64,000 nucleotides of DNA from Octopus sinensis. Lineage: Eukaryota. The notes under the pieces are model-generated. The model ran no database searches and was not told the DNA's origin. It saw only the letters and a program-made list of their open reading frames with translations. The stretch lies in assembly GCF_006345805.1 (NCBI RefSeq), contig NW_021832125.1:124001-188000 (forward strand), given 5' to 3'. Shown piece after piece: positions 35,111 through 47,700 of the stretch. The translations under genes and the position numbers were made by a program. Each line of letters begins with the position of its first letter. Positions within the stretch are counted from its first letter, which is position 1.

Positions 35111-37317
35111 GGTGCTTACAGATATATTATGAATAGGATTGGGGATAGCGAGTCCCCCTGAGGTGCGCCAGTGTCGGTTTTAAATTTCAACATGCACTGA
35201 TAGCAATGTGTTTGAAAGTAAGACTCTGATCATATGTAATGTATCCTCATTTAAGATGCCTTCCATTCAAGCATTTTATTCTATTCTAATGTATTCACGG
35301 AAAAAGTAGATAATCCACATGCCTTTCTTGCAAGAAATCGAACAGACGAAAACGTGTAATTAATTGCTCGACCTGTGGGAATTTTTTCCATCTTTCTTGT
35401 ATTGGTCTTAAGAGGAAGCGGGCATTTGCCCTCCAGACGTGGAATTGCCCTTCGTGCGTAGTTCCTGGATGGTGTCAACCTCCCTTTGTCCTTCCCGTCT
35501 CTGACGCAGAGGATTTCCTGCGATATCTGCCCACTCTGCGACGGTGCAGGTACATCCCCGTTAGGATTCCGAAGGCAGTCAGGTTACTTGCTGCGGAAAG
35601 TCTTGCCACCTTGGTCGGAAATACCACGAAGAGTAACTCCGACGCCCTTTCATGGGGAAAACTATTCCTCTTTCCCGTCTACACTTTGTGCGTCCCGATA
35701 CAGCACCAAAAAATGGGCAAAGCCTCGCTAAAGTTTTGAAAGCGCAGATCGCTGAATTCATGCCCAATTTCGAGTCCGTCCTCTGGCCCCGTACCGAAGG
35801 GACGCACAAAGTTGAAGAAGGCCATCAAAGGCATCTGAGGCCGAAAGGATACGGCGGCTGGTACGGAAAAAACTCATGGAAGGAGACGTAAAGGCCGCTG
35901 TACGCGTCATATCCTCGGACCTGGGCACCCTTGCATATAGTACTGCTAATGTTTCAGCATTGAAGTCGAAACATCCCAGCGCCCCTGAAGACTTTCGTGA
36001 ATTCCACCTCCCTACTATCATGCCACTAATAGCCTCGGCCGCGGACGTCTCCGGTAGCATGAAATCTTTCCGCCGCCGCAGCCTAAGGCCAGGGCATGTT
36101 CGTGATTTGATATGACGGCCCTCAGGGAAAAACAGTATTGCCTTGCTTGAAAAGATCGTCGAACTCTCTAACAAGATTCTGTCCGCCGACTTATGCTCGT
36201 TTGCAAGCGAACTGATTTTCCTACTTGACATACTCAAAGCCTTCCGCGCATATATTCTGGACAACCATACTCGATTCTGCCAATGGAGTTCAACAAGGTG
36301 ACCCTCTAGATCAGGGGTGCGCAAGCTTTTTGGGTTTGCGGCCGCATAGCATTTTTTTTCCTTCTCTTCCACGGCCGCACATTTTCTGCATTATTTTTTC
36401 GATATTAATATAGTAATTTTTTTTAATTATTAAAAGTGACCGCATAAGTTGCCCATTGTCATCGAGACCGAATGAGTTCTTGGACAGGAAATGCTCTCGT
36501 TCTGATTTATTGTTATACTCTTCTGAGACTTATTCAGTTAGGCGTGCAACAAATCCTTGTTTTCTACCCAACATTGCTGATGCGCCATCTGTGCATATTC
36601 CTCTTAGACATGTCATGTCCAATTTGAATTCCAAACAACATTGTTTAACTATTTCAAATATATCTTGACCCCGTACATTTCCAGGTAGTGACTTCATGGA
36701 TAGAAAATCCTCATGTATTTCAAAATCGAAGGATAGAGTACGAATAATATGATCAGCTGAGCAGAATCACATATACCATTCGCACCATCAATGGCAAGTG
36801 AAAATAACGTAGTTTGAGAATTTAATTTTTGTAGGAGTGATAGATTAAGATGCTCGGCAATATGAAACTGTCGGCGCTGAATTGTGTCACGTGAAAGTGG
36901 AATTGCTTCAAAGTTATGCTCCTTGTCGGGATCAATGCATTTAACTGATTCCATGATACATCTTTTCACAAGTTCCCCGTCTGCAGAAGGTTTTCCAGCA
37001 GATCCAAGGATATGAGCAACTCGAAAGGATGCTTCAACTCTTGCATTTGCCACATTTAAAAAAGTTTTTAAACATTTTTTTTGTTGTCTTAATTTGTATT
37101 TCAAATTTTCGACGGAATCTTCTCTTGAACACTTGGACTTGACAACTAGGTGGTCTAAAATATAAAAATAGAACAGCGGTTCTCAACCTTTTTTAGACTG
37201 GGGACCACTTTTGCACTATAAAATTTTGTGGGGACCACCTTAAATAAAATAAACATTTTTTGGTATTAGCGCACAATTTTTGGCCTCGTCAGGGCCAGGT
37301 TTAGACATGTTCGAATA

Positions 37318-40108
37318 TCTTAATAATAAAATGGTATGGTGTGTGTCTGTCTGTGTGTGCACACCAACTTCAAATTGGCACAGTACAGATAAATTGTCAA
37401 AATCTTTCCCCTTATAATTAGCCAATAATGGGGAACAAGCTTAAAATCATGAACTCCTCCAAGAATCTTCCACCCTACGATGTCCTCGACTTACATGATG
37501 AGGTCCTTAAAACCTTCCCCCCCAAAAAAAATTAAAAAAAAAATTTCTGCATTTTGGTTAAAATGAACAACTACGATGTCCTCGACTTACATGATGAGGT
37601 CCTTAAAACCTTTCCGCCAAAAAATCAAAAAATTATTTTCTGCATTTGATTAAAATGAACAACGTTAATGTCCTCGACATTCATGATGAGGTCCATTAAA
37701 ACCTTCGAGGCAAAAATCTCAAGTATTAAGAATATCCTTGATGAAAACGACAGCGAGAATATTAACAATGATGAACTCCCAATTATTCGCGATAAAGAAA
37801 TTCAATTCATCCTATGATTTTCTCTTTAAAATTAAATGCATATATCATTATCGACCATGAATCAAAATTAAAGCTATTATCATATTTGACAGAATGTGCA
37901 ATTACAGATTGCACGACCTTGAATAGAGTGTGCAATTAACAGATTTTGAAAAACACTTTGATAGTTGAAACCACATTAGCACAATCATTAACACAATTTA
38001 CCACCAATTGACAGCGCAATTAGAAGAATTTGCGTAAAAATATTAACTACAGTGAAACCTCTCGAATCCGCTGCTTCTCGAATCCGCCGCTTCTCGAATC
38101 CGCTTGTTTTAATCAAAAATTTGAAATTTCCTATGAATGATTCTTGAATCCGCTTGTTTCTCGAATCCGCTCCTCAAGTATTATGAAAAATAATTTTTTT
38201 ATCTAATTGTAAGTTAAATTAATTAACATTTTAAAATTCTCATTACACGTTAAATTGTATTTTTGTGATGCGTCGCTGTGTTAGACTTTCTATCAACGAA
38301 AAAATTTCTATACTACGTTATATTTCTGACAACCCATTCGTTTCTGCACCTCAAATTTCCAGGATTTTTTCTTCACGGTTAAAAAAGAAAATTTCTCCGA
38401 GAACTATAAACGACCTTAAATCAAAATCGGACCTTTTGAATAGGACTGACATCAAAAAATTAAACCTAACGAGAATTCTAAAACTCAAATTTAATGAAAT
38501 TGATGTAGCGATGATAACATGGATTAACTTAATGGAATCTAGTGGAGCAATTCTATCAGATTCGATGTTAATTGCAAAAGCTCTTAAGTTTGGAAAAAAT
38601 TTTCCAGAATTTAAAGCAAGTCGTGGGTAGCTAGAAAAGTTTAAATTACGAAATGGTATCAAGTTAAGAAAATTTCACGGAGACAGTGGATCAGTAAATC
38701 ATGATGAAAAATCTATTACTGATTTTAATGAAACAATGAGTTTAAAAATTGAACAATATGGATTGGACAATGTTTATAATGCAGATGAAACTGGTGTTTT
38801 TTACAAGGCGATTCCTTCCAAAAGTGTGTGCACCAAATCACGGCCTGGAATAAAGTTGTCGAAGGATCGATTTTCGTTACTATTATGCGCAAATTGTTCT
38901 GGTTCCGATAAAAGAAGGCCTGTGATGATAGGAAGATTCAAAAGTCCAAGGTGTTTTAAAAATTTCAACATTGGAAAATATGTTACCTACACCCATTCCA
39001 ATAAGGCATGGATGAACCGTGAAATTTTTAACAAGTGGCTCAGTGATTTTGATTCTGAACTTGCAAAGAAAAAAAGAAAAATTCTACTTGTAATAGATCA
39101 ATGTCCATCTCATCATGCACAATGGATAAAATGTGAAACAATCACAATCAACAGTGAATCTAAGAACTACGAAAATAATTATGAAGAAATAATTAAGAAA
39201 TTTCAAATTGACGATCCAATATCTTATAGTGAATTTGTTGATTACGGATATACTGAAAATGAAGAGCTAATCGAATTTTTAGACAAATCTGAACAAGCTG
39301 GTACATTACAGTCAAAAAAAGTTCAATCAGTTAGTGATTTTATTTAATAATTATACTTAGGAAACAATTATTGAAGAGGAATCAAATGAGAAAAAAGTTG
39401 ATCTCTCAGAAGCCTTCAGAGCTCTAGAGATTATTAAAACTTATGCTTCTCAGGTAAATGCAGATATAGATGATCATGAAAATATTATGCGAATTGGGGA
39501 AATGTTAAGAAAATCAATTAAAAAAAATAAAATTTCTGATTTTTTTGAATATAAATAATTTTATGTATTCAGTCATTTGTATATAAAAAGAAATACTTAA
39601 TCTATATTGTAAGTTCATATTTCAACTATAAAATATTATTTAAATTGCCTCTCTAATCCGCCGATTTCTCGAATCCGCCGATTTTTTGGTCGGTCCCAAA
39701 ATCGGCGGATTCGAGAGGTTTCACTGTATTTAGTTAAGTTTTTCGTAAAGATAGAATTTATTTTCGGTATGCCTCTTTTCCTAAACTTTTTTATTATTTA
39801 AAAATAATTTTCTAAAAAGATAACCGAAGGAGGAAAAACGAAGCTGAAGAAAAAACGGTCAGCTTAAGGTAATTAATTAAATCTTTTTTGTGTGTCGCTT
39901 TTTTGGCTGCTGCTACTCTGCCTGCCGCATCTCCGCCTGCCTCATTTCTGCCTGCCCCATTTCCGCCAGTGGTTTGTCTAATCAAGGTCACTAAGCTAAA
40001 TCTCGGACTATAAAGGCTCTTAAGCATTATCTTAATTGGCAGGATGTTGCCGTGGCGGCAGAGATTTTTTTTGTTTATACTATTTTACAAATTTTTAAAG
40101 TTTTTTTT
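37318..40108 (+). mobile_element. Helitron copy 2 (5' part only), interrupted by a pogo
   Basis: A^TC 5' end; near-identical to the 5' region of copy 1, with fewer 94-bp units; 3' part absent. Confidence 0.9.
38050..39726 (+). mobile_element. pogo/Tigger (CENP-B HTH plus DDE_1) transposon, defective
   Basis: 21-bp perfect TIRs CAGTGAAACCTCTCGAATCCG with TA TSD; the empty site AACTATTTAG is present in Helitron copy 1. FKASRG*LEKFK carries a nonsense codon, NADETG is present, and the downstream core is deleted. Confidence 0.93.
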
Positions 40109-43100
40109 TCTATCTTTACGAAAAACTTCTTTTCTTAAGGTCGTCTTCCCTCCTTCGGTTATCTATTGAAAAAATTATTTTTGAATAATAAAAAAGTTTA
40201 GGAAAAGAGGAATACCGAAAATAAATTCTATCTTTACGAAAAACTTAACTAAATAGTTAATATTTTTACGCAAATTCTTCTGATTGCGCTGTCAATTGCT
40301 GGTAAATTGTGTTAATGATTGTGCTAATGTGGTTTCAACTATCAAAGTGTTTTTCAAAATCTGTTAATTGCACACTCTATTCAAGGATGTGTAAGGATGT
40401 CCCGGCAGGCTGCATCCTCACTCAGTTTATGGAACTGCAATGTATGTATGGGCTTTGGCCGGAAGACCCAGGCGAAAATATCGAATGAACCTGTCGTCTC
40501 TAGCGAGCCGTTGGATTTCGACAATACGGATTCTCTCCTGCTTTTCTTGTCTGAGCAAAGGAAGGCCAACAAGATTCCACTTAAGATCCCGAGACCCGTC
40601 CGGATCCCTGCAGCTATATGCCTGGCTTCCGCTATTGACGATGCACTCACGTCCAACGACCAAGAGGCCTGGCTCAAACTCTTCGGTTTTGCCCCGCTTG
40701 CACTTGGCATACCTTACACTGAGTCAAACGAGCCACATCGGAACACTAGAGAAAGTTCCATGCATGGAAACTCACTTTCCTCAAAAATGAAAAAAAATAT
40801 CCACGATTTCCAATCACGATCTATTAACAAAACGGAATTTTCCAAAGCAAAACATCCGGACGCCGATCATACGCTCTTTCGGAATTGCCCAGATACACTC
40901 GGAGAGAGAGTAAATCGTAAACTTCTTGTTGGCGACGTCCGGGCGGCGTTGCGGGTCGTTTCCAGCGACGATACCGTCCTGGCTCCAACACCTGAAGTCC
41001 TCGAGCAGATCAGACGAAAACATCCATGTCCGCCGGAAGATTACCGCCCATTCGTGCTCCCGGGAGATATGCCAAGGACAACTGTTACTGAAGGCGAAGT
41101 GCGGCGCAGCATTTCGTCGTTCGCGGCGAGCAGCAGTGGAGGTCTCGATGGCTTGCGACCAGGTCACATCAAGGATCTCACGGCTGGGGCTACTGCGGAG
41201 GCGGGCCGCAACCTTGTCAAATCAATCACAAGACTGGTTATGCGCATTTTGAACGGGGATATCCCTCCTCTCGCAAGGGAGCTTCTTTTCAGCGCACATC
41301 TACTTGGCTTCAAAAAACCCGAAGGTGGGGCCCGCCCTATCGCGGTCGGGAACTACTTCAGAAGGCTAACAGCTAAAATTGCATGCAGTCTTGTCTGTCC
41401 GAGAATATCTGAAGAATTCTCCCCCTTCCAACTCGGAGTTGGGGTAAAGAACAGATGTGAGGCGGCGGTGCATGCCGCAAGGTGCTTTTTCACACAGAAA
41501 AACGAAGAAAATCCAAAAATGGGAGTCAAGCTTGACATCTGCAATGCCTTTAATTCACTGCGGAGGGATCAAATTTTCGAGACTGTAAGCAAACGAGCCC
41601 CGGAACTCATTCCACTCGTCTACCTGGCCTACGGAACCAAGTCTTCACTCGTCTTTGCGGACAAGATTATCTATTCGGAGACTGGAGTCCAGCAAGGGGA
41701 CCCGCTTGGTCCACTTCTCTTTGCGTTGGCAATCGACGAAACTGTACGTTCTATCAGCGCGGAACTGAACCTCTGGTATCTTGATGATGCCACGATTGGA
41801 GGGCCGTGGGGAAAAGTTTTTGATGTTCTGTCACAAGCCGTGCCTGTACTACGAAAACTCGGACTGGATATAAATATAAAGAAATCGGAGCTGATAAATA
41901 TCACATACTCGGAAAGTGATTTTATCAACGTGGTCAAGTCTTTCCAATCGATATTACCTGGGATTACTGTCTTACCTCGGGAGAGGGCATACTTTCTTGG
42001 GTGCCCACTTGGCGAAAAGGAACTGCGGTGCCATCTGCTGGAAAAAAACAAGGGCCTTTCTAGAGTTACGGAGAAACTCTCCTTACTCAATGCTCATACT
42101 GCATTCTTCCTTTTGAAAAATAGCATTGGCTTGCCTAAACTCCAATACGCTCTCCGTTGTTCTCCCTGCTTGGAACATCAAGACATTCTACAGACACTGG
42201 ATAGGACTTTGAGAAGTTCAGCTGAATCGCTCTTGAACATCCACTTTGACGAACCTGGTTGGAATCAATGCAAGCTTCCTACACGCATCGGAGGAACGGG
42301 TCTCAGGTCGGCGCTGGATTTCGCATTCCCGGCATATCTGTCATCGCTTTCAAGCTGCATTCATCTCGTCCAGGAAATCCTACGTAACACTACTGGACTC
42401 TCCTTGGACACAGTATTTGACAAAGCTTGCTTGCAATGGAAGGAAGCCGGACTTTCAATCCCAGATGATGTCTCGAGACAGAATTGTTGGGACGCAATAT
42501 CATGCAAGGCTGTCGTTGATGACCTGAAGCGGGAGTTGAACCAACACCGGCTCGTCTGTTTGCTATCCGGGGCACAGCACGGGAGTGGTGCATGGCTCCA
42601 CGCATTTCCATGCAGTTCATTCGGTACGCTTATGGACGACGATTGTGTGAGAATCGGTGTTGCACAACGCTTGGGTCTTGACGTCTGTCAGGAACACAGA
42701 TGCCGGTGTGGAGGAATAGTCGATTCCAAAGGACTACACCCTTTGTCTTGCAAGAGGAGTGCAGGTCGCGCTCCCCGCCATGCCGCACTCAACGACATAA
42801 TACGACGGGCCCTCGAGAGCGCAGGATTTCCAGCACACCTGGAACCCATCGGGCTTGACCGGGGAGATGGCAGAAGGCCCAATGGGATAACTCTTTTCCC
42901 GTACTCCCAGGAAAAATCACTCGCATGGGATGCGACGTGCGTAGACACGTTCTCCCAGTCCATGATTCTTCGGAATATTCATTCGCCCGGTTGGGCTGCT
43001 AATGCAGCGGAAAAGGCGAAGATTTCTAAGTATTTGGAGATCGGAAAACTTTTCCGTTTTGTCCCAATCTCGATAGAGACGTCTGGTGTAGTGGGATCCA

Positions 43101-44035
43101 AAACCGCGGAATTTCTCAAGGAAATTGGGGCGATGCTGGCTAAACGAAGGAGGGACAGTCGCGAGGGGTATTGGCTTCGCCAACGTATCGGAATTGCAGT
43201 TCTTCGTGGCAACACGCACGCGATACTGGCTGCCGGAGCGTGACGATTTATAATATAATTAAACTAACCTAGCTTCGTTAAAAAAAAAAACAAACAAATC
43301 TGTTAATTGCACACTCTATTCAAGGTCGTGCAATCTGTAATTGCACATTCTGTCAAAGTCAAATATGATAATAGCTTTAATTTTGATTCATGGTCGATAA
43401 TGATACATGCATTTAATTTTAAAGAGAAAATCATAGGATGAATTGAATTTCTTTATCGCGAATAATTGGGAGTTCATCATTGTTAATATTCTCGCTGTCG
43501 TTTTCATCAAAGATATTATTAATACGTAAGATTTTTGCCTCGAAGGTTTTAATCGACCTCATCATGAATGTCCAGGACATTAACGTTGTTCATTTTAATC
43601 AAATGCAGAAAATAATTTTTTGATTTTTTGGCGGAAAGGTTTTAAGGACCTCATCATGTAAGTCGAGGACATCGTAGTTGTTTATTTTAACCAAAATGCA
43701 GAAAATTTTTTTTTAATTTTTTTTTGGGGGGAAGGTTTTAAGGACCTCATCATGTAAGTCGAGGACATCGTAGTTGTTCATTTTAACCAAAATGCAGAAA
43801 ATTTTTAAAAAAATTTTTTTTGGGGGGAAGGTTTTAAGGACCTCATCATGTAAGTCGAGGACATCGTAGGGTGGAAGATTCTTGGAGGAGTTCATGATTT
43901 TAAGCTTGTTCCCCATTATTGGCTAATTATAAGGGGAAAAGATTTTGACAATTTATCTGTACTTTGCCAATTTGAAGTTGGTTTGCACACACAGACAGAC
44001 AGACAGACACACACCATACCATTTTATTATTAAGA
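40109..44035 (-). mobile_element. Helitron copy 3 (5' part only, inverted), interrupted by a CRE element
   Basis: Reverse complement of the Helitron 5' region; TC terminus at 44035-44034; (CTGT)n and 94-bp units present. Confidence 0.9.
40387..43295 (+). mobile_element. Near full-length CRE-clade non-LTR retrotransposon, single 948-aa ORF (40397-43243)
   Basis: RT (KLDICNAFN, GVQQGDPLGPLLF, WYLDD), CCHC knuckle and RLE region; poly(A) at 43280-43290; 30-bp TSD (40357-40386 and 43296-43325). Confidence 0.93.
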
Positions 44036-44759
44036 TTGTACAATTAGTTTTAAATTTAATATATTGTTATTTTTCGAAAATTCCTGGGGACCACTAAAAA
44101 TTTTCTGGGGACCACGATTGAGAACCGCTTGATTAATTTCAATGTTTTTGATTTATACTTAATTGTACAATTAGTTTTAACTTTAATATATTTTTATTTT
44201 TCGAAAATTTCTGGGGTCCACTAAAAATTTTCTGGGGACCACGGTTGAGAACCGCTGAAATAGAATTTTATTTAATATGAATATTTTTAATTATTATTTA
44301 GGGTTTTTCTTGATTAATTAACACTATGAGCATTATATTTAAGATTAGTTGCTTGATGACCTAATTGTGCCCACGGCCGCACATTCATCGACTCACGGCT
44401 GCACTTGCGCACCTCTGCTCTAGATCCTCGCTTATTCTCCCTCGCAATCCATCAAACAACGAGATCGTGTAAAACTGACCATAACATGTGGAATTTGGAT
44501 GATGGAGTAATCGAAAGAACCCCCAAAGGCATCTTGAAAACGCTGAAGTCGCATGTGTTTAATTTCGGAGCGCTGGGGATTGAATTTAACTGCGGCAAAT
44601 GTGAAATTGTGAATGTCAACACGGACAAACTTTCCTTTCGGAAGTGGATGACCAAATTTGACAAACTGCTACCTGGATGTACTTTCCCCCCTCAAAGAAG
44701 ACTTGATTTTTCTTGGATCTCATATTTTTGAAATTAGTATCTAAGCTGTTACGAAGACT

Positions 44760-47700
44760 AAAATATCGGAATTTCGAAGATTATTCCGAGTGCATGAGAG
44801 CTAGCACTAAGCCCCCGAATATGATTGTGAGACAGCCAATAAACCAGTGGTTCTTAACCTGGGGTCCGCGAAAGATTCCAGGGGGTCCGCGAGATTTTTC
44901 TGAAACTTTATTTAAATGTTTCTATTTAATGATAACAATTTTAAATTAATTTATAATAGAATTAAATCATAATTAATAATATCTCTTTTAGATATATTAT
45001 AAATTAATATATTTTAATATTTAATAATACTGAGGAGGCTAAATTACTTTAAAGCTGAATGTAACTCAATTATTTATAAAAATCGTATATATATATTTAT
45101 TTTTTAGTAAAAGTTAATAAAATTTTTAAGCACGCTATTGATATGAATTCCTCGAATGTTATTAAGATACGCAAATATAATCCTGATTATATAAAATATG
45201 GGTTTATTTGTATTGATAAAGATGGATTTGAAAGCCCAAAATGTGTTGTGTGCATGAAAATTCTGTCACACAATAGCATGAAACCAACAACTCTTGTGAG
45301 ACACTTGCGCACATGTCATCCCCATCTAATCCACAAAAATAAGGATTATTTTATTTCTTTGCGTAAAATGATGAAAAATCAAGTATTGACTCGTTTTATA
45401 CAAACTTTGCCTTCTGATAATTCCATGCTATTGGCATCTTACATGATCTCATTACGTATAGCGAAAGAAAAAAAACCTCATAATATTGCCGAAAAACTGA
45501 TTCTTCCTTGTTGTAAAGACATAGTACGTACTCTTATTGGCACTCATGCTGAAAATATGATTTTGGAAATACCATTATCGAATGATACTGTTCATCGACG
45601 AATTTCTGAAATGTCAGAAAATATTAAGTGTCAGGTTATTGATATTATATTATTTATTTCAGGTGGTAGAACAAATAAAAACTTCATGCCATCAAAATTT
45701 CGCTATACAAGTTGATGAATCCACCGATGTAGCGAACTGTGCTCAATTAATAATATTTGCTCGTTATGTCTATGACGGAGATTTTAAAGAGGAATTTTTA
45801 TTTTCCGATTCGCTTGAATCGACCACTAAAGGAGAAGATATTTTTCAAGCAATTTCTATGTTTTTTGACAGTGGTGGGTTATCTTGGAATAATGTATGTT
45901 GTTGCACAACCGATGGAGCTCCAGCAATGCTTGGCTTTCATTCTGGCTTTAGAGGCCAAGTTAGACTTGCTAACCAGGAAACGAAACATATGCATTGTAT
46001 GCTACATCGATATGCACTTGCTGCAAAAACATTACCTTCAGATTTAAGATATGTTCTCGATGATGTCGTACATATCATAAATTATATTAAAAAGAGTGCT
46101 TTAAATTCGCGCATTTTCAGACTTATTTGCGAAGAATTTGAAAAGGATGGAAAGGCTTTGTTATTCCACACTAAGGTGAGATGGCTATCTCGGGGAAACA
46201 TTCTTGTTAGAGTTTTTTCTTTGAGGAATGAATTATCTGAATATTTTATTCGCGAAAACAATTCCAAATCATCGGAATTTATTTCGAAATTAATGGATAG
46301 TTAATGGCTATCTAAAATTGCTTACTTGAGAGATGTCTTCTCTCGTATAAATTCACTCAACAAATCGCTTCGGGGAAGACATGAAACAATAATTCATTTT
46401 GTGGATAAAATTAAGTTTGTTAACTGTTTCATATTAATTATTAGTGCTTTTTTGATGAAGTTAACACTGTGGAAAGAAAAAGTAAAACTAAATAATTTTA
46501 CTATGTTTGAATCTTTTGAAGAACAATTTGTAAATATAGATGCATTTGAAATCAAAAAAATAACCGAACTTATTTATGCACATTTAACATATCTTCAACA
46601 AGAAGTAAATAAATACTTTCCAGAATTGAACAAAATTGATTTGAAATTCATTCGTACACCATTCAGTGTTGATCCACGTTTGGTCGATGAAAATATCGAA
46701 GAGGCTTTTATTGACATGATCAATAATTCAAACGCAAGAGATTTGTATGAAAAACTTGCTTTATCAAGATTTTGGTGCGAAATGTGTAAGCATTATCCTT
46801 CCGTAGGTGCAAATGCATTAAATTTTTTGCTTATATTCCCGACAACATATTTATGCGAACATGGCTTCTCAGCACTTCTCAATATAAAAAATAATCATCG
46901 CGCAAGACTGAATATTGAAGATGACATCAGGGTTTGCTTGTCGACAACCGAGCCTCTTATTGAAAAAATTGCCTCGAAAAAACAATATCAACCTTCTTAC
47001 TAATTTTCTCTATTGATTTAATAATAAATTTTGTTTTTAGATAAGTAAAATTTTTTTGACAAAAAACTTAATAAATATGTAGGGGGTCCACGAAATTTTT
47101 CATTTACTCGCAAGGGGTCCGCGGACAAAAAAGGTTGAGAACCACTGCAATAAACAGTCCAAGCGATGTTGGTTAAGCTTAGGCTTGAGGTTGTTCGACT
47201 TCTGATCACAGAGAATCCTGTCCCATTCGTCTTGTGCGTGTGTATTCTGCGGAAGCTCAAGAGACATCCCAAGCCAGCGACTTTCTGCGGCGACTGACTC
47301 TGGGTCCATAGGAGATTCGGTAACGGGTTGGAGAATCTCTTGAACAAGGGTGCTCGTGGCATGTGTAGAAGAAAGGAATTCTTGCAAAGAAAGGTCAGTG
47401 GCTAAACGCACACCGATGCCGCCACGACCGATGGGGAGTGTTGCCTGTTCCCAGCCAAGATCGTCAAAGGGGGCATTACATATTGATTCGAGGCAAGTCC
47501 TGAAAGCATGATCAAATCTAGAGAGGCTCTCGGCATTGGCAAAGCATGGAGCGCTTCTAAGTGTAAACAATAGTTTGGGGATGGCGAAACAGTTGCTTAA
47601 TAGAAATAGGGCCGAATGGGAATCGATGATACCAAGATTACGGGACATTAATACAAGGTTTGAAGTTTTTTCTGATAATGTCAAAACGACACCGGTTGTA

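Larger units (their letters stand above)
37174..44257. mobile_element. hAT MITE containing two Helitron halves and their inserts
   Basis: TIRs CAGCGGTTCTCAACC / GGTTGAGAACCGCTG; perfect TSD AAATAGAA (37166-37173 and 44258-44265); subterminal GGGGACCAC motifs. Confidence 0.9.
36312..44417 (-). mobile_element. Defective Buster/SPIN-type hAT, expanded by nested insertions
   Basis: TIRs CAGGGGTGCGCAAG / CTTGCGCACCTCTG; perfect TSD CTCTAGAT (36304-36311 and 44418-44425); transposase remnants PLSRDTIQRR, FSLAID and CTDGASAM. Confidence 0.9.
35300..44760 (+). mobile_element. Old CRE-clade retrotransposon (N-terminal PHD finger to RT), split by an 8.1-kb nested insertion
   Basis: PHD at 35320-35457, then IPVRIPKAVR and GDVKAAVRVISSD. 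RT motif GVQQGDPLD/PRLFSLAI...WNLDDG is restored when 36312-44425 is removed. Confidence 0.85.

Noticed and set aside
40381-43219. Many overlapping alternative-frame and antisense ORFs in the CRE
   Set aside because: Expected in GC-richer coding sequence; no recognisable motifs.
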